A stretch of DNA of 64,000 nucleotides from Podarcis melisellensis (lineage: Eukaryota): assembly GCA_964234715.1 (NCBI GenBank), contig OZ174280.1, one strand, 5' to 3'. The position numbers and the translations under genes are program-made. How positions within the stretch are numbered: the first letter of the stretch is position 1; every line of letters begins with the position of its first letter. Of this stretch, positions 11,501-24,600 are shown one piece after another. The notes below the pieces were generated by a model. The model saw only the letters and a list, made by a program, of their open reading frames with translations, had not been told where the DNA came from and did no database searches.

Positions 11501-14500
11501 TCGGCTCCCCCCCCCCCGTCTGTCTCAAACCTTATTTGCTTCGCTGCCTAGCACTGCTTGCATCAAGCTTTCCCGTAAGATACAACTGTTATGCTATAAC
11601 AGTGGAGATTGGTTGGCTGACTGAGGAGGAAGGGTGTAAGCAGGCAATTGTGCCATAATAGTCTGTATTTAGTGCCAGTTTATGCTGCAGGAAGCATTGA
11701 CTATTGGGGTCAAGATACAGGTTTTTGAGTAGGGTCAAATCTGCCATGCATTTGCCTCATCAGCCCAAGGCTTTTTTTTTTTTTTTTTGCTGCAAGTGAC
11801 AGAAAGTGGTACTCTGCCAGGGTAGATTCAGACTGCTTTCTTACACACGTGGTGTATTTTTGTAATAACAATCCTCTCTGGTCTTGAGGCTGCCTCTTCA
11901 TGGCAGGTGCCACAGATCCAGGGAGTCAGCATCTAGCCAAACCAATATGCTCATGCTCCAGTTCAGTCCTGAGGTAACTGAGTAGGCTAACCAGCTTTTG
12001 CAGGAGCTCATAGATTTGGTTTGTAGTTATCACTGTACCAGACATTTAGACCAAAGTAGTTAATGACATCTTGCTGTCACAAGCAGTGGTTGAACTAATA
12101 CTGGGCACTTCTTTCGTATTCAGTGCAGAGCTACCCAACCTCACACATTAGTATATGAATGAAGAAGCTTAATTGGTTCTGAATGTTTGAATTATCCAGT
12201 TCAAAACTTCAGTGAGCAGGGGAAGCTTGGGAAAAGCAACACAAAGAACAAGGAAGTTAAAACAGTTATACCAATTAAAGTGCAGCTTAGATTTTAACCC
12301 TAAGGAATATTTATGGTACAGTGTTCAAAACATTGGGGTTTTTTGTGGGGTTTTTTGGGAAAGGTCTTTCTTACTCTTAGCCAGAGAGCAAACCAGGTAG
12401 CTTTTCTGTTTCTTAGCCTAGACAAGCTAGCTTTTCATACAGGAGTACAGACAGGATGCAAGAAACTCCAATGAAACCAGAGACATGCCCTTACATCTAA
12501 AGCCTTTTTGGTCTTGTGATAACACAGGCCCATTTGGCTTAGAGTGAAGTATTCTGGTTGCATTTCACATTGGATAAAGGCTTCAGGTCAGAGGCAAGGG
12601 TGTAAATTGCCATTTTGCACTTTTTATAGGGTGACCCTAAGGAGGTGACTTATCTCGCAGCAGAAGCCAAGGGATGTGAAAATGTATAGAGGAATTATCT
12701 TATGCTGTGTGTAATGTAACAATTGTTTGGGGTACAGGAAAAAATGGTTGCACTTTCAATAAGAGATGTGTAAAAAAATCATATTTCTCTGGCTTCAACA
12801 AGTTGGTAAAAAATAGAAAAAAATGAATCTGAAGATGGGAACACCTTGGAAACACCACATTTCCACCACTGGAAAACATTGGGTTGAATCTGTACACACA
12901 TGCACTCCACTCTTCCTATAGCCATCTTGATGGTACTTAGGCGGCAGTTCCTGTTAACTTTATGGCTTCAACATCAGACATAACCTTTCTGCATTTGTAT
13001 GATTGTGTTTGTTCTCAATCCAGTGTGTTTTAATGGTTAAAGTGTTGGGCTATGACTTGGGAGACCAGAATTTGAATCTCTAGTCAGCCATGAAGCTCAC
13101 TGGGTGACCTTGGATTTCTCAGCCAAACTACCTCACAGGGTTGATGTGGGGATAAACTGGGGAGGGGAGAGCCATGTAGACCACACTGAGCTCCTCAAAG
13201 GAAAAGGTGATATATAAATGAAATTAATAAATCAAATCCTCCCACGTCCCCTGCTATTCCCCTTTTCTTGTGGGCATGTGTGTGTATTTGAGGTGAGGGC
13301 TGTATCATCTAGGCTCTCTCCCTGGATAAAAAGGTTTTGGTTTCCATCACTTCTAATTTGAGGTGGTGAGCCGCAGGCCTGTGTGATGTGACAGCTGAGA
13401 CAGCTGCCTTCAGACCAAGATATTGGGGAATAGAAATACAAGTGAATCTGCCTCTTTGACTCTTTAAAAATGCTGTTGCTGATTTACTGTTGTCAAAGTA
13501 GTCTGAAGATCCCCTTCCTTGTATGCAGCTGGGAGCAGCTTTCCTGACCTGCTCCTTTTCCATTAAATTTCCATAGTACTGTTGAGGATTTCATTGGACT
13601 TTCAGGGTATAGTAGCATTTCATTTCAAATGGAAGTCTGCAGAATGATAGTGGTCGCGAGTGCAAGCCTTAGCTCAAGTTTCACCTGCTGGCCTTGTTTA
13701 CTTAGAATCATAGAATTGTAGAGGTGGATGGGACTCTTAGGGTCATCGCTACTCTAACACCCTGTAATGCAGAAATCTCTTTTTTTTATATATAAATTTG
13801 TATTAAGTTTTCTTTTACAAAAAAATTTGACAACCGTGTTTGCAAATTTACAATTTTTTGAACTTCCACCAGCACCTCCCTCAATCATCCATTTTTCATA
13901 TCTTTACGCATTTTCCATGTAATATTGCCGATTTGAAATTAACCTTCCATCTCAGTTCCATTCTTACAATATACCTTATATTATCACAAAGCCTCTTTAA
14001 AACCCACTAGCGTTGTCTGTTCATCACATATAGTTTTCAGATATTCCGTAAACTTTCCCCAGTCCTCAATGAATTTGTGATCTTTCTGATACCTAATTTT
14101 TCCAGTCATTTTGTCCAATTCTGCATAGTCCATAAGTTTCATTCCCCACTCGCTCAAAGTTGGTAATTCCTCTTGTTTCCATTTTTGGGCCATTAATATT
14201 CTTGCCGCTGTAACTGCATATTGAAACAGTTTATAATCACTTCTTTTTATCTCTCTTCCTGTTATTCCTAACAAAAAGGCTTCTGGTTTTTTAACAAACG
14301 TATATTTAAACATCTTTTTCATGTAATGCAGAAATCTCAACTAAAGCATTAATGACAGATGGCTATCCAACTTCTGCATGAAAACTTCCAGTGAAGGAGA
14401 ATCCACCACCTTCCAATGGAGTCTGTTCCAATTGTCAAGCAGCTCTTACTGTCAAAAAGTTCTTCCTAATGTTTAATTGGAATCTCATTTCTTGTGAATT

Positions 14501-15648
14501 GAATCCATTGGTTTGGGTCCTAGCCTCCAAAGCAGGAGAAAACAAGCTTGCTGCATCTTCCATGTGACAGCCCTTTAGATATTTAAAGATTGTTGTCTTT
14601 CTCATCTTTACATACCCAACTCCTTCAACCATTCCTCATAAGGCTGGGTTTCCAGGCCTTTGATCATTTGGTTGCCTTCCTATGCATATGTTCCAGCTTG
14701 CCATTATCTTTCTTAAATTGTGCCCAGAACTGGACACAATACTTTAGACGTGGTCTTACCATGGCAGAATAGAGTGGTAATATTGCTTCCCTTGATCTGG
14801 ACACTATACCTCTGCTGATAACTGGGTTATTTTGTCTTATGCCTGGTCTTATGAACCATAGTACCAGCACATGGCCTCTCCACTTGCACAGAGCTAGCCC
14901 TGGAAGTGCTGCTGTTGAGAGCAGCAAAGCAACAGGTCCAAGAACACACCATCTTTAGCTCTAACAGTTTTGGGTTGCCTGGCACAACCCTGTGCTGGCA
15001 TCAGCTAAAAGTGACTTCCCCAAGGACATGCCTCTGCTTGATTTCCAGGGATAGGATGCTGGAGTATTTGGAACAGAGCAAACCACTACCTGTGCATATT
15101 GTGGCTTCTTAGGTTTGCTTTACACTGTTCATTATGAATTGTGTTGCAGAAGGTATTGGTGCTGTGCATGTTAGAAAGAAGTTTTTTGTTCCTGCAGTAC
15201 AAGATGTCATTACTCATAGACAATGGGGCTTCTGTTTTTTACAGGGTATGTTTGAATTTGCTTACAAAAGATGTTGTGTAGCCTGCGGTATTGTGTCGCC
15301 TGGTTTCATGGTTGCAACTGTGATCAATGCTGGTCTCTTGTGCCAAGCAAAGAGTCAACCATATATTCTGATGTTCTTGCATACCTCCTAGTTAACAGCA
15401 AGTAATAGGTGTTTCCTTCATGATGACAGATGGCCAATCATGCTAGCCCTTATCAATAGCCCATTTTAGAAAGTAAGTGAAAGAGGCAGTTTGTGATGTT
15501 TCAGTTTGAGAGTTTATTTTTTAAAGCAATTTGCTAGCAAGAAGCAATCTCTGACATGGACTGCATATTTCTGTGACTTTTGTAGTCTTGATTCTTTCGT
15601 AGGGTTAACATTAACTGGGCATATGATCCCCTTCTTCTTGTAAATTTT

Positions 15649-15688
<40 letters not shown>

Positions 15689-18600
15689 ACCCACACCAAG
15701 TGTCTGCAGTACTTTCCTCTTGTAAAGAAGCTGACTCTAGTGTACTAGAGGTGAAGAATGTGAATACTTATGTGTTCCTTTGTCTGGAACTTCAGCTGCT
15801 GCTCTAAATGTAGGCTTTCTTTCTCCCAGAATCTGCATTCTTTGAACACTCTTCTGTTCCGAAGATCAGCCCTGGGTCATCACTCTTCTTCTGTCACTCC
15901 TAAATGTCAAGCTTCAACCACGTTGCAGCTTAAGCCCTAGAACTCATGCCCCTTCCCTAGTTCTAGTCAGTAGTAGTGGCATACTCACTGTAGCAAGAGC
16001 TATTGCTAGAAGCTGCTCTTTTGTTACTGAATTAGCTTTTTTAAATAAACTTGTTTTCTGTCTTGTTTTAGTTGATTGTACTGTATGTAAGCTGTTCTGC
16101 AAGCCTTTTCTGTGAAGACTGGGTACAAACATTCTAAATAACACCATCACTACCATCTAGTCTTCTTAAGCTGTTGGTCTGTTGGTGCTGAAGGCTGGCC
16201 CATCTTCCTCTGTTATGTGCTTTACTGTCTTTGGGGTGACAGTATGTTGCGTACTGTGGGGGTTGAAGGCAGTGGGTAATGCCAGCAATGTTTTCGACGT
16301 GTTGAAGGATGTCATTGGCTGCTGGCAAACATGTCTGGCGGCTTGGTTGGCACAGAACTCTATAATATGGGCCCATCAATATTTGGCTCAAGTGGGTGGG
16401 AGGAAAATGCTTGTTATGTTCACGCCTGTATTGTGGCAGAACTGAGACTGTGGTTGCAGCTGACTGCGCTCAGTACTGCAGAACCAGGGCAATTCTCAGC
16501 AACCTTTCCGCCTTCTATGTAGATTGCCTGTGCCCTCTACGCCATAGTGGAGAGGGCTAGGTCTTTGCTTGAATGAACAGATGATGCTCTGGTTGCTATG
16601 GTTCCTGTTGCTTGGTGGCAATTGGCTGTGCTGTTCAGGAGATCAAGATATTGGGTGCTTTGGACAGGACTGAAAGGAAAGCAACCCAGAATGCCTTCCA
16701 GGAGGTGAGGAGTGGTAGTCGCTGCAGAGTCAGCAGCCATACAGTCCCTCTTTGGCCCATTGGGGTCATTGGATTATGAGGCCATATCCTGAGTGTGCAC
16801 AGTGACATCATGTTGGTCTCCATTCACTTCAGTTTGATGGAGCAAGAAGTATGTCTCAAACAACTGCATCTCCTGCAATTCCAGGGAGAGAGATTGTATA
16901 GGAACACGGGATGGGTTTTGTGTGTTCACTAACCTGGAGTGGCCTCATGTACTCATGCTATCTTTAATTGTTGATATCTGCTGGAACTCCTCTTCTCACT
17001 TAGTCTCTGGGACTTTGAGAATTCAGCTTGCTGTTATTTACATAGTGCTGTCAAGGAGACAAACTGCTATTTTCTTACTCTTCAAAAGCTCAGAGGAGGC
17101 CTGGAAGGAGGAAGCACTGCACCAGGGACACTGAGCTTGTGGCAGTTGCTGCTGCTACTTAAGCATCAAAACCTGATATGTCACATTTTCATTCATGCTC
17201 CTTTAATAAAGCAAACCCAGTGCCAATCTGCTTGAGAGGTCAGAGAAAAGAAATGAATCCTGTTTTGGGTCTCTGGTTAAGGCTCAGGGTGTCAATAGTG
17301 TTGTCTCATCAGTTGAACTACATTAGTATACCATGTGCTGTGGTGTTCATTAGGTGAGTTCTTTCCCAGCAGTGATCCTTTGCTGGCGAGACCTCACTCT
17401 GTTGCACTGAAAGTGCCGTGCATGCTGGGCTGCTTACAAGATATAACGTTACAAACTTTGCCATTTCTATTGGCCCAAGAATAGCACAGTATTTCAGGCT
17501 TTCTTACGGCACTCCATTCTGCATCCATTTCTTTAGTCACCGGATTGGACGCTGTATGCCAACTCCTTATGGTGTTGAACCCATAAAGCTGGTCTGAGGC
17601 TTGAGAAACCGTTATTGCCACTTTTAAAGTGCTCGTTTGAAAGATCCCTTGCTTCCGTTGTCTAGAGGAAGGGGCATATGTATGCTGTTACTTTAAGATG
17701 CATTATCTGGAGCAGGGGTCAGCAACCTTTTTCAGCCATGGGCCAGTCCACTGTCTGTCAGACCATGTGGTGTGCCTAAATTGTTTTTTGGGGAAATGAA
17801 CGAATTCCTATGCCCCACAAATAACCCAGAGATGCATTTTAAATAAAAGGACACATTCTACTCATGTAAAAACACATTGATTCCTGGACTGTCTGTGGGC
17901 TGGCTTGAGAAGGCGATTGGGTCGCATCCGGCCCCCGGGCCTTAGTTTGCCTACCCCTGATCTGGAGGTTTTGAAGTCTCAGCAGGTCAAGTCATGAGAC
18001 ACTTGTGTAGGGAGACTGTAATATGGTTTAGTTTATGCAGCAGTTGAGCTCCTGTGTGTTTCTGTGACTGTGTTAGTTATGTGCTGACTACATTCAGTAA
18101 GTGTGTGAGCAAACTTAAAGCCCGAGTGGTGTAATGTTTATTCATGTACTTATTAATGTTGGATTTCAGCTGCCATTTTGTTGCCAATTCATCCAGCTAG
18201 GGACAGCATCCTGGAGCTCTTCAGTCTTGCTGAGATTTCACCATCCTGAATAATTTGGCATCATCTGCAAATTTGGTTGTCTGTCAGTTTCACTCTTACT
18301 CCAGACCACAATGGACAAATTATATAGCACCAATCCAAATACAAATGGGCATGGTTTACTGTCCTCCTTCATGAAAGCTGTCAAACTCTGCTTTCTGTTT
18401 TGGTGTTGGAGGCTCTTAAGAAACTTGGTTACCTAATGACAATCCTTGCTCAAAAATATAAATAATTTTAACCCTTATATTTCAATAGATTCTGGCTGCA
18501 TGGGAACCTACTATAAAGTTCAGTAGTTAATAGGAATTTTATGTGTGTTTGTAGTCTGCTTCAGATTTGTACAAGGACCAAGTGCAGTCTGTGCCACATC

Positions 18601-21600
18601 TTGAGAAATATCATTGATTACAATTTGTGGAGAACCTGACACAAAGTCAGGCCATGGCTGCACAATGCACTCGTTGATCAGCAGCCTGATGCTTTTCTTT
18701 GTAGGCACTGCTTAAAACATCTGGAGCTATATGACTTCATATTGTATTTTTTCCCCTTTGCTACACCTACCCATTAAAATATTTGCATTTATGTTTAGAG
18801 ACTTCTTGTTTTTACATTTGATAAAACTAATCAGTTTTGTGGTCTCTGTTTTTCAACATTTTGCATTGTTAAAAGCAATGGTTCCCAACTTTTTTATTAT
18901 GAAGATCCACTATTAGAATCACATGAGTTTTGTACTTTAGGTCTTCAACAGATGTCGATTTCATGCATTTTAACTGCACGTTTGCCTATTTTATAACCAT
19001 TATTTGAGGCACCCAAGCAAAAATTTATTTAATGCCCCTATTAATATGGAACTTGTTGAAATATTTATAATACTTACAGAGATACTCAGTTTTTTATGGG
19101 AATGTAACCACCAATCACCTGGTTACAGAATATTGCTTCATGAGCTATTAAAAATATTTTAAAAACATGCTATTACACAAGCAGTGTTAGATATTTTGAA
19201 CTATGAATATTTTAAATAGCTTTATTCACAATAAAGTCCATTTTGGCAAATATAAGTGGGATGGCTGAGCTTGCACTTCGCTAATGAGTAGATCAATGTG
19301 GGGATTGATGGCTGTCAAGCATAGTCTCATATCGTTATTGATACATAGCCGGCTACTGTATTTATAGTATTTATACTGTATTTATACTGTCTTCATAGTA
19401 GTTATTGCTGAAATACCTGTCTCGCAAGTATATGCACTATCAAATGGCAGCAGCACAGATTTTGCTTCATTGGCAAGCTCAGGATACTCAGTAGTAGCTG
19501 AGTAATTTTGGTAACCTGAACCCAAAATTCAGAGAGCCTCACTGTTATAGCTCGCCTCTGATGGGCAGGTGCACAGCTTTTCTGAGTGAGAGACAGAAAA
19601 GAATTTACTAGCTATGTAGGGAAGAATTTACTGTCTATGTAAAGAAAGTGAACTTCCGGGCTCGTTCACACTTCCATTGCCCCTCTGCTTCCTCTGGGGA
19701 AACCCTCTCATTGCCACTACATCGTAGCAGATGTCAGTCGAATTTTCAGCAGATTGACGTTCAGCAGATTAACTCAGCAGTGAAGAGTGGGGTTTCCCAG
19801 AGAAAGTGGTAGGGCAAATGCAAAACCGCCTGGACGCATGCTTAGAAAGTATGGGGCAAGGTGAAAACCTTTCAGACCTGTGCTTTCTAGGCATTGGACA
19901 AGTGTGGAGTAGCCTTAGCTATAACTCAGTATATCCAGGAAACAGCCACTACCAAGATGGACCAGACTGTTATTCCCATATGTAAAATACAGAAATAAAA
20001 GGTTTTGGTTGGTGGGGAATATTGCATTGTGTGTTCAGCAAAGTGGCACTGAAAACTGGGTTCACCTAGATGTGACAGCACCATGATGAACAGGTATTAA
20101 GCATGGGATGGGGTGGAGGTGATTGTAATGTATTATAGAAACAGGTAATATAAAGGGGATTCTGAATCTTCTGTTTCAGAATTGCCACCCAAATACTTTT
20201 CTCTCGTCATGTTTTGGAACCCAACTTAAAAATAAGCAGCTAGGGCAGAGGAAGTGTTCAGCAACTTCTTCCATTTCCCCACTTTCCTCATTAAATTGCT
20301 GCTCCCTTATATTAGTTCTCTACCATTCCTAGTTCTAAAACATGAGCTCTTCATTGTGGAAGGATATTATTACAGCACTAAAGGTTTGAAATACAGTCAT
20401 ACCTCGGGTTGAAGTAGCTTCGGGATAATTATTTTCGGGTTGCGCGCTGTGACGACCCGGAAGTAATGGAGCGCGTTGCTTCCAGGTTTCACTGCTTGTG
20501 CATGCGCAGAAGCTGCGAATCGCCACACACGCAGATGCAGATTGCGTTCGCTTCTGGATGCGAACAGGGCTCTGGAATGGATCCCGTTCACATGAAGAGG
20601 TACCACTGTAGTAATTAACACTTTCTGTTCACTGACTTAGAATACTCTTATCCTGAATTTCTTCTGCTGAGGGCAGTTGAGACTTTTACCAGTCCCCAAC
20701 TGCTGTGTTGTACTTGATTGCATGGTTATCTGTAGTATCGTCCCCACTCAACCATATCTGCCCTCTTCTGATCTAAAGTACGGGAGAGCAAGGGTGTTAC
20801 TCTTTTTTGTAGTATGGAGAGAGTTAACGTTTCATGAACCAGGTACCTAACAGTAAGGGATCTGGATTTGGCTTTTTACTGTCTTACAAGCATATATAAA
20901 ACAGTGGCTAAGTTGCTATTTTCTACCTTCTAGGCACTTCACCAGTTGTATTATGACCCCAACATTGAAAACAAGAATCTGGCTCAGAAATGGTTGATGC
21001 AAGCTCAAGTCTCACCACAAGCCTGGCACTTCAGTTGGCTACTTCTCGATATGGACAAGGTGCCTGAGATCCAGTACTTTGGGGCCAGCGCCCTCCACAT
21101 CAAGATTTCACGCTACTGGAATGACATCCCAGCTGACCAGTATGAAAGCCTCAAATCACAGCTCTTCAGCCAAATAACCCGTTTTGCTAGTGGTTCCAAG
21201 ATTGTGCTGACCCGGCTTTGTGTGGCACTGGCTTCGTTAGCACTAAACATGATGCCAGAGGCCTGGCCATGTGCTGTTGCTGACATGGTGCGCATGTTTC
21301 AGGCAGAGGACTCTAATGTCGATGGGCGAGCACGCTGCCTGGCACTCTTAGAGCTGTTGACTGTTCTGCCTGAGGAGTTCCAAACCAGCCGCCTGCCTCA
21401 GTACCGTAAGGGGCAGGTGCGTAGCGTCTTGGCACAGGAGTGCAGTTCTGTCTTCCCCCTGCTAGAGCAATTACTACAGCAACAAGACTCTCCCAGCTTC
21501 ATTAAACAGAAGGTGTTGAAGTGCTTCTCGAGCTGGGTGCAGTTAGAGATTCCCCTGATGGAGTGTGAAAACTTGATCCAGGCAGCCTTCACCTCTTTGC

Positions 21601-24600
21601 GCGATCCAGAACTCTTTGATACAGCTGTGGAGGCCATTGTCAATGCCATTTCCCAGCCTGATGCTCAGAGGTAAGTGTTGGTTCCAAATTGTGGGTCAGT
21701 TGTGGTTACAGTTGTGCAGCCTCCCCTGTAAGCTGACTGTTTCCACATGCAGCAATCAAGGGGAGAACCTGTATTGACAGAACTTTCAATCAGCTTTCTG
21801 AACCACACTCTGATTCCAACAAAGAGGTTATAGAGTGTGCTTGTGTAGAGTTTCATATCCATGGACAGTACATAAATTCCGCAGGTCTTCTTGAAGATGG
21901 GGGGCAAGGGAGGAGATTGAGGAACTCTTGAATTGGCGCAACCATTGGCAAGCAAGCATCAACCTTTTGTGGACTTTTTTAGTTACTACGTATCAGCCAA
22001 TAAAAACAGAATTACCAGAACTGAAATTAAGCTAAAACTAGTATTATTAACTTTTAAATAATCATGTGGTTGATTCTTGTGAGACAGAATTCTACCAAGC
22101 TTCAAAACAGACATTCTGTAGCCACAGCCAATCTACAAGAGCATCTGTTGGTTCTGTTCTAATTTCAACTAGGGAAGGATGCCATGCATCCTCTCGTAAG
22201 CTTCAAGAGAGTTCATGGAGTGGCCAGACAGCTCAGCTTTGGGCCCCTACCCATTAGAGTCTTGCATTGTGTCTTCATCCAGGTCTTAAATCACCTCTCT
22301 GTGAATTCATTTGCTGTGGCTGTTGGTTGTAGTTCTTTGTCTTGTGTGATATGAAAGGTAGTCATGAATGGAGGAATTCACCTTTTTTCTGTAGAGGTTC
22401 ACTGGTGTGCATTAATTCAGTAACCCCTTTGGGCACAGTATGGAATCTAAGTGAGTAAGGGAGTTGTCCAGGACTATTGGTCTGTTTCAAAATCTGTTAA
22501 TGACTAGCAGAGCTAGAATCTGTTGTGACTACATTGGTGTGGTTCTGGGTGCAAACATAATTGGGAAGTTTCTGTCAGCAGACAGGGCCTGTGATATAGT
22601 TTGCTTCCTATCTCCTTTCATCTCTCTTTCCTTCTCTACTCCCAACACCCCTCCTTCCCTGACTGTATTTGTTCATAGTACAGATTACATCCTTGATGTC
22701 TGGGAGTGAGAGACCTTGCCCACAGGTTCATCAACAAAGCTGTTTTTGGTTTTTTTAAGGAAATGAGTGCTGTGGTTCTTCAGGTGGCAGAACTATTCAT
22801 GACAACAGATATTATAGGCTTGGAAATGTATAACATGCTCAATTTAGATAAAAGAAAATTATAGGGAACATGATACCAGTGTTCAAATATCTAAAAGGAT
22901 GGCAGAGTAAACCACTATTTACCAGTGCTGCTGGAAAAAAGAGAAACATTGGCCTTTAGTAGTAATAGAATAGACGGGTTAGATTTCAAAAATACATTTT
23001 TCATAAGAATAAAGGTGCAATAGAACAAACTCCTCAGGGTTGAAGTAGAGCAGGAGTCGGGACTTTAAACCCGGAGGCCAAATGGGATCCTCCAGGTCTC
23101 TTTCTGGCCCTCAAGATGCTGCCCAGGCCAGGCCTCTTCCCCAGGCCACACCTCTCATCAGCTGTACTCCACTCCTTCCTCAAGTGCTTTTTTGGGGCTG
23201 AAATGTGTCCTTGAACTGTGATTGATAATGTCTCTTGCCTGGATGGGGAATGGAGAAATAGGTATGGATGTGTAAAAACCTGACTTTTGCTTAGCTGGAA
23301 TGTGGTCTATTGTACCAAGTCACAGCTGTTGCTTTGTTCTCTTTTGCCTCTGACCCTATTTACTACTGGCATGCAACCTCTGGAAGGTTGCCCATGAGAG
23401 ATATGGCCTTTGGGCTGAAGAGGTTTTCCCATCCCTGCTGTAATGTCTCATTCTAAGCAGTTCTTATGAGAGCTGGATGAGCATTGGCTGTGTGTGCATG
23501 AGTTTAGATCTTAGAGTGGTGATCCAATTTAGCCATACTCTTAATAGACCCATTGATATCAGTGGGTTTACTCGGATGAGTATGGCTAACATTGGATAAT
23601 CACCTTTTTAGTCTCTTGCATTTTCTTAGTGGTTGCCAAATTAGAATTATAAGGTGTATAGTAAAGTAATTATTTCACTTGTATTCAAGTGTGTTGTGAC
23701 ACTGGGCCATATTCAACTAAACTGTTGCTCCAGCAGGAGCCAGTGCAATGACCACAATGGGACTTCTCCCTTCTCCCCCCCCCCATCATATACCCCTGTG
23801 CCATCCCCAGATCTACTCCAAAGCGTTAGAAGAACCCCCACAATGGGGCGGGGGCGGGGCGGGAGATGGTTTGTCAGACAAGCATAAATTCTTATTCTGA
23901 TGGAACAATTCCCTTAGCACTAAGTTGATTGCAGCCTATTCAAAATGGACCAGAAAGGGAATTTGTTAATCTTCTTTAGCAGTAATATTAAATTCTGAAT
24001 TATGCTTACTGCTACAACCCACCATTTATTTAAACTCAATCTGCTGAATGACTTAAAAACCACTAGCAAGGACTAATTTAGATGTGTCCTAGTTACATGA
24101 TGTGAGGTGGTTCAGCCACTACTAGCTACACCAAAGTGGTACATACAGAAAGACAACCTTATGCTTACCATGAGGAACCAGCAATGTCTTGCTGGTCCTG
24201 ATTATGGAGATCACACATACACAGATGTAGTTGCTGTGTAATGACAAGAGGGGGGAAGCTTGCTTTAGTACCAGGAAAAATATACAAGGTAGTCATATCA
24301 CTCACATTTCATTGAAATCACTTAGGAGGTATCTACACATTTTGCTCATAGAGACTTTTTTTAATGAAAGCTGAGTCTAGGGCACCTGCCCAGTGGCACC
24401 ACTGGAAGCCTTCATAGGTGCCATGTTGCCTGTAGCAACCACTACATGAGAGAGGATCTTTTTGTGGTGGCTCTGCACTTCTGGAATATTTCCTTGTCAT
24501 GGTTCATAAATCATCAACCCTATAAGCAATTACGAGAGCACTAAAAGGCAATCCGTTCTCACTGGCCTTTGCTTAAGACTGTGTTTTGCTTCATGCTATA

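Noticed and set aside
13984-14340. 118-aa ORF as a nested antisense gene
   Set aside because: It is the C-terminus of an L1 ORF2, bounded by a TSD and poly-A tail
16130-16900. Cluster of overlapping ORFs in IPO13 intron 1
   Set aside because: No recognisable domain or coherent splice sites; possibly a decayed retroelement that I cannot classify by eye
19355-19645. Short direct repeats (gtatttata x3; aagaatttact..ctatgta x2)
   Set aside because: Local slippage duplications with no array structure; not CRISPR-like, and the DNA is eukaryotic
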